Below, piece after piece: positions 16,867-25,518 of a stretch of 64,000 bases of DNA (the first letter of the stretch is position 1; each line of letters starts with the position of its first letter). The DNA comes from Candidatus Nomurabacteria bacterium RIFCSPHIGHO2_12_FULL_42_19. GTDB taxonomy: Bacteria; Patescibacteriota; Minisyncoccia; Phycocordibacterales; UBA9973. Under the pieces are notes generated by a model. The model ran no database searches. It had not been told where the DNA came from and saw nothing but the letters and a program-made list of their open reading frames with translations. Location of the stretch: the NCBI GenBank assembly GCA_001786955.1, contig MFUM01000009.1, forward strand, positions 552-64,551. The letters are read 5' to 3'. A program made the position numbers and the translations under genes.

Positions 16867-16947
16867 ATCCCGTTAGAGATAACGAGATACATGTTTTGAG
16901 GTTTAAAATAATAACTATAATAAAATTATGAAAATCTCTAACGGGAT
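16867..16947 (+). promoter_or_regulatory. valS leader hairpin pairing the 5' UTR with codons 3-7
   Basis: atcccgttagagat (16867-16880) is the exact reverse complement of atctctaacgggat (16934-16947). The GAGG Shine-Dalgarno and the ATG fall in the loop. Confidence 0.45.
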
Positions 16948-19072
16948 GGAAGACAAACTGCTCAAGCCTTATGACCCGAAAACAACCGAAGAAAGAATCT
17001 ATAAGCTTTGGGAAGAAAGTGGTTTTTTTAACCCGGATAATCTGCCCGGCGATAGAAAAAATCCGTTTACTATCATAATGCCTCCGGTAAATGCCAACGG
17101 CTCTCTGCACGCCGGACACGGTCTGGTAATGACTATTGAAGACATAATGGTGCGCTATAAGAGGATGCAGGGGTTTAAAACGCTTTGGCTTCCGGGCTTA
17201 GATCATGCCGGTTTTGAAACTCAAGTGGTCTATGAAAAAAAACTTGAAAAAGAAGGACGCACGAGATTCGAGATGGACCCAAAGGAACTTTACAAAGAAA
17301 TTTTGGATTTCACTCTTGTCAATTCAAAAAATATAAAATCCCAAATAAGAAAAATGGGGGCATCATGCGACTGGTCTCGGGAAAAATTTACTCTGGATGA
17401 AAATGTGGTAAAAGCCGTTTACCAAACATTTAAAAGAATGTATGAAGATGGTTTGGTATACCGGGGAAATAGAATCATCAGCTGGTGTTCAAAACATCAA
17501 ACTTCTTTTTCGGACTTGGAAATCACAGACGAGGAGCGTACGGATAGTTTTTATTATTTAAAATACGGGCCTTTTACTATCGCAACTTCCCGTCCGGAAA
17601 CAAAATTCGGAGACAAATATGTGGTAATGCATCCGGACGACAAGCGTTATCAGAATTATACCGATGGACAAAAAATAAAACTGGAATGGATAAACGGGCC
17701 GATAGAAGCTACGGTGATAAAAGACAAAATGATTGATATGGAATTCGGCACAGGGGTAATGACCATCACTCCCTGGCACGATACAGCTGACTTTGAAATT
17801 GCCGAAAGGCATAAATTAGATAAAGAGCAAATAATTGACGAAAATGGAAAACTTCTTCCGATTGCAGGAGAATTCGCAGGTCAGCATATAAAAAAGGCCA
17901 GACCGTCAATTATTGAAAAACTTCAAAAAAAGGGCTTGGTAGTTAAGATAGATGAAAATTACAAGCATGTTGTCCGAACATGCTATAAATGCGGAACCGT
18001 TATAGAACCCCAAATAAAAAGCCAGTGGTTTGTGAAAATGAAGCCTCTAGCGGAAAAAGCATTAGAGAAAATAAATAATGGGGAGATTAATTATATTCCG
18101 GAACATTATAAAAAAATTACGACATATTGGCTCGATAACATTATGGATTGGAATATTTCCAGACAAATCGTCTGGGGTATTTCTATTCCGGCAAAAATCT
18201 GCATAGAATGCAAGCATGGCATGGTGGATTTGGAAAATAATATTTCAAAATGCACCAAATGCGGTGGAAGAATAATCCAAGACAGCGACACCTTTGACAC
18301 ATGGTTTTCATCCGGACAGTGGCCTTTTATCACTCTTGGCTATCCGGATAATAACGACTTTAAAACATTTTATCCCACAGATGTTATGGAAACCGGAGGT
18401 GATATTATTTTTTTCTGGGTTGCCCGGATGATTATGCTTGGATTTTATATTACAGGGGAAATCCCTTTCAAGACAGTCTATCTGCATGGAATGGTCCTTG
18501 ATGCCAAAAGCCAGAAAATGAGCAAGAGTAAGGGAAATGTAATTGACCCACTCATTCTTACGGAACAATTCGGTACGGATGCTTTCAGGATGGGAGTGGT
18601 CGTCGGTAACACCGTGGGAACATCTTTAGCGCTTTCTCCCGATAAAATCAGAGGATATAAAAACTTTGCGAATAAAATTTGGAATGCCGCCCGTTTTGTT
18701 TTAGACAACACAAAAGATTATACGATTCCCGAAAATCCCAAGTATGATGAAGAAGATGCCAAGTCGAATAAAGAACTGAAGGAGTTAATGAAAGAAATCA
18801 CGAAAGAAATGGACGAATATAAATTCTATCTCGTCGCGGAAAAACTTTATCATTATTTCTGGCACACTTTCGCCGATATTATTATAGAAAGGTCAAAGAA
18901 GAAAATCTTGAAAAACAAAAATGCCGATTCGGCTAAAGCTTTGCTCTTTACACACTTGATTACCCTTCTAAAAGTTCTACATCCATTTATCCCCTTCGTC
19001 ACGGAAGAAATTTGGTCGATGATGCCTGGAAAAAATAAAAACCTATTAATGATTGAAAAATGGCCTTCTTAG
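16928..19072 (+). CDS. valS: Valyl-tRNA synthetase (compact form lacking the C-terminal coiled coil)
   Basis: Class I motifs PPVNANGSLHAGH (HIGH variant) and KMSKSKGN, plus GLDHAGFETQ typical of ValRS. 714 aa. Confidence 0.8.
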   Translation: MKISNGMEDKLLKPYDPKTTEERIYKLWEESGFFNPDNLPGDRKNPFTIIMPPVNANGSLHAGHGLVMTIEDIMVRYKRMQGFKTLWLPGLDHAGFETQVVYEKKLEKEGRTRFEMDPKELYKEILDFTLVNSKNIKSQIRKMGASCDWSREKFTLDENVVKAVYQTFKRMYEDGLVYRGNRIISWCSKHQTSFSDLEITDEERTDSFYYLKYGPFTIATSRPETKFGDKYVVMHPDDKRYQNYTDGQKIKLEWINGPIEATVIKDKMIDMEFGTGVMTITPWHDTADFEIAERHKLDKEQIIDENGKLLPIAGEFAGQHIKKARPSIIEKLQKKGLVVKIDENYKHVVRTCYKCGTVIEPQIKSQWFVKMKPLAEKALEKINNGEINYIPEHYKKITTYWLDNIMDWNISRQIVWGISIPAKICIECKHGMVDLENNISKCTKCGGRIIQDSDTFDTWFSSGQWPFITLGYPDNNDFKTFYPTDVMETGGDIIFFWVARMIMLGFYITGEIPFKTVYLHGMVLDAKSQKMSKSKGNVIDPLILTEQFGTDAFRMGVVVGNTVGTSLALSPDKIRGYKNFANKIWNAARFVLDNTKDYTIPENPKYDEEDAKSNKELKELMKEITKEMDEYKFYLVAEKLYHYFWHTFADIIIERSKKKILKNKNADSAKALLFTHLITLLKVLHPFIPFVTEEIWSMMPGKNKNLLMIEKWPS

Positions 19073-19758
19073 CAAACGATCCAAAAATCCTAGGCTTGGC
19101 GTTTTTGGGCGGAATTATTCCTTCTCTTTTGTGGCTATGGTTTTGGTTAAAAGAAGACGAAGAAAACCCCGAACCGAAAGGATTGCTCGCTTTAGTGTTT
19201 GTGATGGGTATGCTGGCTGTTGTGGTCGTCTTGCCGGTCCAAAAATTCATACAAGCCCATATAGGCTCATCCGAAGGCCAGCTGGTCCTCTGGGCCGGCG
19301 CGGAAGAAATATTGAAATATCTCGCCGTACTAATCATTCTCTTCAAGACAAATCATGCCAATGAACCCATAGATTGGCCGATTTATCTCATTACCGCGGC
19401 TCTAGGTTTTGCCGCATTGGAAAACTCCCTGTTCTTGATTAAGCCGCTTTCAGTAAGCGGGGCAACGGTAGGCCTGCTTACGGGCCAGCTCAGGTTTCTC
19501 GGGTCTACCCTTCTCCATACTGTTTCAAGCGGAACGATAGGCATTACTATAGGAATTTCGTTCTATATGGACGAATTTAGGAGAAAATGGTTTCTTTTTG
19601 TCGGTTTTTTGGTCGCTATTGCCTTGCATAGCGCCTTTAATTTTTTTATAATAAGGAATGACGGAAATGACTTTTTGAAAGTATTCGCGTTTTTGTGGGT
19701 CGTCACGATTATCGTTATGCTGCTTTTTGAAAAAGTGAGAAGGATGAGTACAAATTAA
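19060..19758 (+). CDS. PrsW-family intramembrane protease
   Basis: Multi-pass protein with EExxK (AGAEEILKY) and conserved His pairs (LLHTVSSG, ALHSAFNF). Confidence 0.65.
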   Translation: MAFLANDPKILGLAFLGGIIPSLLWLWFWLKEDEENPEPKGLLALVFVMGMLAVVVVLPVQKFIQAHIGSSEGQLVLWAGAEEILKYLAVLIILFKTNHANEPIDWPIYLITAALGFAALENSLFLIKPLSVSGATVGLLTGQLRFLGSTLLHTVSSGTIGITIGISFYMDEFRRKWFLFVGFLVAIALHSAFNFFIIRNDGNDFLKVFAFLWVVTIIVMLLFEKVRRMSTN

Positions 19759-19784
19759 AAGTTAATCGTTGCTTAAGAAAAATT

Positions 19785-20273
19785 ATGGAAAATAAAAAAA
19801 GAAGTTTTTTTGAAAGATTGACCGGAAGCATGAGTATGGAGGAAGAAAATTTAGAACCGAAAAAGGAGCATCTGATAAAAGGGGTCAAGTCGGAAAACGG
19901 AGATAAGAAAAATGGCAATCATTGGATTGAAGAGGAAAATGATGAGGCAGAATTGTCGGTTGATGTTTATCAGACGCCTACTGATATCATCATTCAGACA
20001 ATGGTTGCCGGAGTCAAGCCGGAGGATTTGGAATTATCGATTGCCCGGGATATGATTACCATTCGCGGACAGCGCGAGGAAAGCAGGACTATCGATGAAG
20101 ATAATTACTTTACAAAAGAGCTTTATTGGGGAAGATTTTCCCGCACTATATCACTCCCGGCGGAAGTGGAGCCGGAAGAAGTTGAAGCGACCGAAAAACA
20201 CGGCCTTCTAACTATCAAGCTTCAAAAAGTGGACAAAGAAAAGAAAAACAGTGTCCGGGTCAGGTCAATCTAG
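19785..20273 (+). CDS. Small heat-shock protein, Hsp20/alpha-crystallin family
   Basis: The alpha-crystallin domain VDVYQT...ITIRGQRE...GRFSRTISLPA and a C-terminal IxI-like motif. Confidence 0.85.
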   Translation: MENKKRSFFERLTGSMSMEEENLEPKKEHLIKGVKSENGDKKNGNHWIEEENDEAELSVDVYQTPTDIIIQTMVAGVKPEDLELSIARDMITIRGQREESRTIDEDNYFTKELYWGRFSRTISLPAEVEPEEVEATEKHGLLTIKLQKVDKEKKNSVRVRSI

Positions 20274-21517
20274 AAAGACCGGTTCGTGTTTTTTATCTCA
20301 ACTTTTTTAAGATAGAATATCCCAACAGTAGTAAAAATAGCCATAAACATTACGGCAATTCTATAACGTATTGGACCAAGGCCAATAAAAAGTGAAGTTA
20401 TCAAGCCCCATGACAACGGCCCGACGAGCGTTGAAATACGCTCGGCCAGAGTGTAAAAACTGAAACCAAAATTTAGTTTTTCTTTCGGACACAATGCCGT
20501 CATTGCTGCTCGTGACACCGTCCAGGTTGCACCAAAGAAAAAGCCCATCATAATAGATAAAATTATAAAAACAACAAAGTTGGAAATTATGCCCATAAGT
20601 GGAAATATTACTACCCAACTTCCAAGAATTATCATGAGAGCTTTTTTAAGACCAATTTTATCCGCCAGCCAACCGGTGAAAAATGCACCAATAGCTGAAG
20701 TAGCTAATATACCTATAAGAAGCATTGCTTTTGTACTATCAGAAACACCAAAAACTCTCTGCATGTATATGGAAAAATTATTTTGAGTTGTTATAATTGC
20801 ATCATTAAAAAAGAAAAAGGAAAGAAGGAATAGTCTTATATTTGGTTCTTTTATAAGTTCTTTAAACTGACCCCAGAAATTCTTATACTCTTCTTTCAAG
20901 CTAATTTTATTATAAGCTACTTCCGGTTTTGGTAATTTGAAAAACAAAAGCATTGGTATTGAGAGAATAAAAAATATAATAGTGGCTGGAAGAAATGTCT
21001 GTGCGCGACCAGCTTCACCAACAAGGTAGACTGCACCACTGGCAAGCGGTAGAGTTATTAAAAGTCCAGTAATTTGCCCTAGCCAATTTCCAGTTTGACC
21101 GATACCCGATATTCTTCCCCACCTTTCCGGTGGAGCAATATGATGTAAAAGCGCATTATAAAAAACAAAAGAAAACTGATAAAGATAGTTTGCGATTATA
21201 AAAAACAGGACTGCTAAAAATACTTGATGGGAAAAAAAGAGAGTTATAAATGACACGCCAAGAAAAGACAGGAAGGTCAAAACCGTAATCCAATTAAGAT
21301 AGTTTTGCTGTTTTCCATTTTTATCGGCAATACTTCCTAGAATTGGAGCGGTCAAAAGAAGCAAAATAGAACCAATTGTAAAAATCATATTATACCAAAA
21401 ATCAGAAACTCCCCTATCCACGACTAACCATTGCGAGAAATATAAAAAAAAGACAATAGTAGTTATTGAATTTGCAAAATCATAGAGAGCCCAAAAGAAA
21501 ATATTTTTCTTATTCAT
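20270..21517 (-). CDS. MFS transporter
   Basis: 415 aa with roughly 12 predicted TM segments and the MFS-like loop motif GSIADKNGK. Confidence 0.7.
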   Translation of the reverse strand: MNKKNIFFWALYDFANSITTIVFFLYFSQWLVVDRGVSDFWYNMIFTIGSILLLLTAPILGSIADKNGKQQNYLNWITVLTFLSFLGVSFITLFFSHQVFLAVLFFIIANYLYQFSFVFYNALLHHIAPPERWGRISGIGQTGNWLGQITGLLITLPLASGAVYLVGEAGRAQTFLPATIIFFILSIPMLLFFKLPKPEVAYNKISLKEEYKNFWGQFKELIKEPNIRLFLLSFFFFNDAIITTQNNFSIYMQRVFGVSDSTKAMLLIGILATSAIGAFFTGWLADKIGLKKALMIILGSWVVIFPLMGIISNFVVFIILSIMMGFFFGATWTVSRAAMTALCPKEKLNFGFSFYTLAERISTLVGPLSWGLITSLFIGLGPIRYRIAVMFMAIFTTVGIFYLKKVEIKNTNRSF

Positions 21518-21522
21518 TTTTG

Positions 21523-21594
21523 TGCCTGGGGGCAGAATCGCACTGCCGACCTATCCCTCTTCAGGGGAGAGCTCTACTACTGAGCTACCCAGGC
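21523..21594 (-). tRNA. tRNA-Phe (anticodon GAA)
   Basis: Reverse complement is GCCTGGG-TA-GCTC-AGTAGTA-GAGC-T-CTCCC-CTGAAGA-GGGAT-AGGTC-GGCAG-TGCGATT-CTGCC-CCCAGGC-A. Confidence 0.85.
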
Positions 21595-21615
21595 ATGGTT
21601 ATTTAATAAACAACT

Positions 21616-21697
21616 ATGCCTGGGTATTTATATACCGAATGAGTCCCGACGCATTTAGGTCGGGAAGCCGACTGAAACGTCGGCTCTACCCAGGCAT
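21616..21697 (+). repeat. Family-1 double-hairpin element copy A, enclosed by an 11-bp inverted repeat that copies the tRNA-Phe 5' end
   Basis: atgcctgggta (21616-21626) and tacccaggcat (21687-21697) flank hairpin 1 tcccgac-gcatttag-gtcggga (21644-21665) and hairpin 2 agccgac-tgaaac-gtcggct (21666-21685). Confidence 0.75.
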
Positions 21698-21957
21698 CAC
21701 GATTTTATCTTGATAAAACCGTCTTTAATTATACTAGCAATATAATCATGTCTTTTCAACTTTTTTAGCTTAAATTCAATACTTCTAGCTTCTTTTAAGG
21801 TTTGATATTTTTGAGAAAAAATTAGTTTTAGTTTCCCTAATCTTTTAGTTGAAGGGGTATAGCCACCTAAATGGTGTTGCATTCTATCGTCCAAATCAAC
21901 AGTGCTACCTATGTAATACTTTCCATCTTCATTTTGTAATATATAAACAAATGCCAT
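21697..21957 (-). CDS. GIY-YIG nuclease, YhbQ/UPF0213-like small protein
   Basis: FVYILQNEDGKYYIGSTVDLDDRMQHH gives the GIY...YIG motif plus the Arg/His catalytic region. 86 aa. Confidence 0.75.
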   Translation of the reverse strand: MAFVYILQNEDGKYYIGSTVDLDDRMQHHLGGYTPSTKRLGKLKLIFSQKYQTLKEARSIEFKLKKLKRHDYIASIIKDGFIKIKS

Positions 21958-21966
21958 AAAACTGAG

Positions 21967-22020
21967 TCCCGACGCCCTTTGGGGTCGGGAGGCCGACCTA
22001 GCGTCGGCCCTACCCAGGCA
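21967..22020 (+). repeat. Family-1 double-hairpin element copy B, ending in a third copy of the tRNA-Phe 5'-end 11-mer
   Basis: tcccgac-gccctttgggg-tcggga, then ggccgac-ctagc-gtcggcc, then ctacccaggca. Outer pairs covary relative to copy A (a-t changed to g-c). Confidence 0.75.
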
Positions 22021-22025
22021 ATTAC

Positions 22026-22271
22026 CTATTGGTTAAGCTGTCTAAAATTATTGAGCATATCGCCTGCCCCGCTATATACGCCTACTAACTGTTCCAAATA
22101 CGGCTGGATAAAATAATATGCGCCGATTGCGGAGCCGATTATAAACGCCCAATACAAGAAACTCATAATGCGCGACAGGCGCATAGAGCGATGCAACGAA
22201 CGCAACATACCGTTATTTTCTTCGGCCAGTTTGAAAGTGGCCTCAAGCAACTTCTTGGATTCAGGATCCAT
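22026..22271 (-). CDS. Hypothetical small membrane protein
   Basis: 81 aa with one hydrophobic helix (IMSFLYWAFIIGSAIGAYYFI). Confidence 0.3.
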   Translation of the reverse strand: MDPESKKLLEATFKLAEENNGMLRSLHRSMRLSRIMSFLYWAFIIGSAIGAYYFIQPYLEQLVGVYSGAGDMLNNFRQLNQ

Positions 22272-22338
22272 GAGTATAATTTAACATAAAATTTTAGAAA
22301 ATAAAAGAGATATTATTGCTCCTGGTGCAGAGTAATTA

Positions 22339-22539
22339 TTATCTTATCCTTTCCATAATCTTATTAAGCCAATATCTATATTCTCCTTGCTCAATCCATT
22401 TATTTTTCAAAGCCTCGGCTAAATTTGGCACATCATAAGTTCCTTTTTCTAATGAATCTAGAAATGCCTCCTTGGCCTGTTCTTCTGGGCTAAGGGTTCT
22501 TTGGTCCGGGCTTGGTTCCATTTGTGATTTCCCATTCAT
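22339..22539 (-). CDS. Hypothetical small protein
   Basis: 66-aa ORF with no recognisable motif. Confidence 0.25.
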   Translation of the reverse strand: MNGKSQMEPSPDQRTLSPEEQAKEAFLDSLEKGTYDVPNLAEALKNKWIEQGEYRYWLNKIMERIR

Positions 22540-22582
22540 GGAAGTATTTTATCACATTTTTTTAAAAAAATCAATAAACGTG

Positions 22583-22654
22583 TGCCCTCGGCAGGAATTG
22601 AACCTACATCTATTCCTTAGGACGGAACTGTTCTATCCGTTGAACTACGAGGGC
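22583..22654 (-). tRNA. tRNA-Arg (anticodon CCT)
   Basis: Reverse complement is GCCCTCG-TA-GTTC-AACGGATA-GAAC-A-GTTCC-GTCCTAA-GGAAT-AGAT-GTAGG-TTCAATT-CCTGC-CGAGGGC-A. Confidence 0.8.
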
Positions 22655-22684
22655 ATATGGGAGCAATAATATATTAAGAATAGA

Positions 22685-22918
22685 TTAAAGTCCAAGCAGT
22701 TTAGCTATTTTCGGCCTGTCAAAACCGACAATAATTTCATTGCCGATGATTATGACCGGTACGCCCATCTGTCCGCTTTTTTCCATCATTTCTTTTCTTT
22801 TCTCAAGATCGCTGGCAACATTATGTTCCGTATAAGCGACATTGTTTGCCTTAAAAAAATCTTTGGCCATGTGACAAAAGTGGCAGGTTGGGGTCGAATA
22901 AATGGTTACGTTTTGCAT
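22685..22918 (-). CDS. Glutaredoxin-like protein (NrdH/YruB-like)
   Basis: 77 aa with a CxxC active site (TCHFCH) and a GVPVIIIGN thioredoxin-fold motif. Confidence 0.7.
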   Translation of the reverse strand: MQNVTIYSTPTCHFCHMAKDFFKANNVAYTEHNVASDLEKRKEMMEKSGQMGVPVIIIGNEIIVGFDRPKIAKLLGL

Positions 22919-22998
22919 AATTTTGAAAAATTAATTATTAATGAGTTTGCATTATAGCATACTTGCCCAAAAGGTAAAATAAAGTTATATTTTTTAGA

Positions 22999-23073
22999 TG
23001 CGAGTATGGTCTAGTGGTAGAATGCGACCTTCCCAAGGTTGAGACGGGGGTTCGATTCCCCCTACTCGCACCA
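22999..23073 (+). tRNA. tRNA-Gly (anticodon CCC), CCA encoded
   Basis: GCGAGTA...anticodon stem CGACC/GGTTG with loop TTCCCAA, T arm GGGGG-TTCGATT-CCCCC, acceptor TACTCGC-A-CCA. The D stem is weak. Confidence 0.7.
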
Positions 23074-23081
23074 GAAATATT

Positions 23082-25508
23082 TTAACCTTTTTGCTCTTTG
23101 TTGCTTAGCGCCATAATGATTTTAATGACCGTATCCGGATTAAGCGACATGCTCTCTATTCCCTCGGATACGAGGAATTGCGCGAATTCCGGATAGTCCG
23201 ACGGCGCTTGGCCACAAATACCGATATATTTATTTTTCTCTCTGCATTTGTGGATAATTTCGGCAATAAATTTCTTGACCGAAGGATTGTTTTCATTCGC
23301 GATATGAGTCACGATGCCGGAATCGCGGTCTAGTCCCAGGGTAAGCTGGGTCAAATCATTAGAGCCAATCGACATGCCGTCAAAAACTTCAAGAAATTCA
23401 TCCGCCAGAAGAATATTTGACGGAATTTCACACATTACGTAAATTTTCAAACTTTTGTCGTTGGCGCGGTCCAATCCATGTTCTTTCATTATTTCCACCA
23501 CTTTTTTCCCCTCTTCGGGCGTCCGGCAAAACGGAATCATCGGGACAACATTTATAAAACCCATATCTTCGCGCACTTTTTTCATCGCCATGCATTCAAG
23601 GCCGAAGGCCATTTTGAATTTCGGGTCATAATAACGGGATGCGCCGCGCCAGCCCAGCATTGGATTTTCTTCGTGCGGTTCATATAAAATACCGCCTAAA
23701 AGCGTGCGGTATTCATTTGTTTTAAAATCCGAAAAACGGATAATCACTTCATTCGGATAAAAGGTAGCCGCAATTTTTGCAATTCCCAAAGCAAGCTCGT
23801 CCACATAAAATTGCGTTTTATCTTCATACAAAGGCGTTAATTTTTCAATTTCTCCAAGTAATTTTCGTATGGCGGGAGTTTTTTTCCCCTCTTTCAATTT
23901 CTTGTAATCAATCAAGGCATTCGGATGAACGCGGATATGCGAAGCAATAATGAATTCCAACCTCCCCAAGCCAACCCCCTGCGCCGGAAGATAGTGATTT
24001 TTAAAAGCCTCGTCCGGAGAGCCGATATTTACCATAATTTTTGTCGCTATTTTGGGTATTTTGTCCAAATGATGCTCCATTATCTCAAACGGAATAATGC
24101 CCTCATAGACATTGCCCACCTGTCCCGGAGAAGCATCGACTGTCACTTCCTGCCCATTTTTCAACACTTTGGTGCTGACGCCGGTGCCAACGATGCAAGG
24201 AATGCCGAGCTCGCGCGATACGATGGCGGCATGAGAAGTGCGCCCTCCTTTATCCGTCACAATGGCTCCAGCAATTTTCATAATTGGTTCCCAGTCCGGA
24301 TCGGTAATTTCGGTTACCAGTACTTCTCCCTTTTTAAACAACGAAATATTTTTGGCATTGCGCAAAACACGGACCTTCCCGCTGCCGATTTTCGCCCCAA
24401 CCGCAATGCCGCTTGCCAATATCTTGCTTGTTTTTTGCAGTTTATATTCTTTCAGCACATTTTTGTCTTCTCCGGAAATAACCGTTTCCGGACGCGCCTG
24501 CACGATAAAAAGTTCGCCGGTTTTCCCGTCTTTGGCCCATTCAATATCCATCGGCTGATAATGTCCGTGCTTTTTTGAAAAATATTTTTCTATCTGGAAA
24601 CACCATTTTGCAAGCCGGACGGTTTCTTCGTCTGTAATGCAAAATTTTTGCTGATCCGGCAATGAAACTTTTTCCTGCTTCGTCCCATCTTTCGCATAAA
24701 CAAGCTTGATATTTTTCTTGCCGATATTTTTGCCAATGATAGGGTTTTGAACGCCATTTTCCAGCATCGGCTTAAAAACTATAAATTCATCGGGAATGAT
24801 TTTGCCCTGCACGATAAACTCGCCAAGACCGTATATGCCATTTATTAAAATAACTTTGTCAAAACCGGTTTCCGTATCAATAGTAAATGCCACACCCGAA
24901 GACGCAAGGTCAGAACGCACCATAAGCTGGATACCGACAGAAAGAGCCGCATCAAAATGGGAAAATCCCTTATCGGCCCGATATGAAATGGCCCGGTCGG
25001 TAAAAAGCGAAGCAATGCATTTTTTTGTCGCAATAAGAATATTTTCAATGCCATGGACATTGAGATAAGTCTCCTGCTGGCCGGCAAAAGAAGCGCCGGG
25101 AAGGTCTTCGGCTGTGGCCGATGAGCGGACGGCTACATCGCTGTTTTTTCCGTATTTTTCCCCTAATTTTTCATATGACCTGGCAACTGCGTCTTGCAGG
25201 TTCTGGGGCAAAACAGCCTCCAAGATTGCTTCACGGACTTTTTTCCCGCGAATTTGAAGATTGTGAATATCCTTCGTATTAATATCGGAAAGAATTTCTT
25301 TTATTTTTTCATCTAAACCTGTTTCTTTAAAAAAATGCCGGTAGGCATCAGCTGTCAGAGCAAAACCATCCGGCACACGGACACCAAGTGGCACAAGATT
25401 GGAATACATTTCCCCCAATGCGGCATTTTTGCCTCCCACGCTCGGAACATCGGCAATCCCCACTTCGCCATACCATTTCACAAAATTCTCTTTTTTTTCT
25501 TCTGCCAT
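23082..25508 (-). CDS. ppsA: Phosphoenolpyruvate synthase (pyruvate, water dikinase)
   Basis: 808 aa with an N-terminal ATP-grasp region, a phosphohistidine domain (GGRTSHAAIVSRELGIPCIVG) and a C-terminal PEP-utilising TIM barrel. Confidence 0.9.
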   Translation of the reverse strand: MAEEKKENFVKWYGEVGIADVPSVGGKNAALGEMYSNLVPLGVRVPDGFALTADAYRHFFKETGLDEKIKEILSDINTKDIHNLQIRGKKVREAILEAVLPQNLQDAVARSYEKLGEKYGKNSDVAVRSSATAEDLPGASFAGQQETYLNVHGIENILIATKKCIASLFTDRAISYRADKGFSHFDAALSVGIQLMVRSDLASSGVAFTIDTETGFDKVILINGIYGLGEFIVQGKIIPDEFIVFKPMLENGVQNPIIGKNIGKKNIKLVYAKDGTKQEKVSLPDQQKFCITDEETVRLAKWCFQIEKYFSKKHGHYQPMDIEWAKDGKTGELFIVQARPETVISGEDKNVLKEYKLQKTSKILASGIAVGAKIGSGKVRVLRNAKNISLFKKGEVLVTEITDPDWEPIMKIAGAIVTDKGGRTSHAAIVSRELGIPCIVGTGVSTKVLKNGQEVTVDASPGQVGNVYEGIIPFEIMEHHLDKIPKIATKIMVNIGSPDEAFKNHYLPAQGVGLGRLEFIIASHIRVHPNALIDYKKLKEGKKTPAIRKLLGEIEKLTPLYEDKTQFYVDELALGIAKIAATFYPNEVIIRFSDFKTNEYRTLLGGILYEPHEENPMLGWRGASRYYDPKFKMAFGLECMAMKKVREDMGFINVVPMIPFCRTPEEGKKVVEIMKEHGLDRANDKSLKIYVMCEIPSNILLADEFLEVFDGMSIGSNDLTQLTLGLDRDSGIVTHIANENNPSVKKFIAEIIHKCREKNKYIGICGQAPSDYPEFAQFLVSEGIESMSLNPDTVIKIIMALSNKEQKG

Positions 25509-25518
25509 AAAAAATACT

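Noticed and set aside
21522-21713. 63-aa plus-strand ORF
   Set aside because: It lies entirely over tRNA-Phe (minus) and the family-1 repeat copy A, so it is a spurious frame.
21523-22020. Group I intron with a GIY-YIG homing endonuclease interrupting a tRNA
   Set aside because: tRNA-Phe is intact and contiguous (72 nt, with all arms present). The GIY-YIG protein is the short YhbQ/UPF0213 type, not an intron-encoded HEG with a DNA-binding tail. The flanking hairpins do not show group I P-element organisation.
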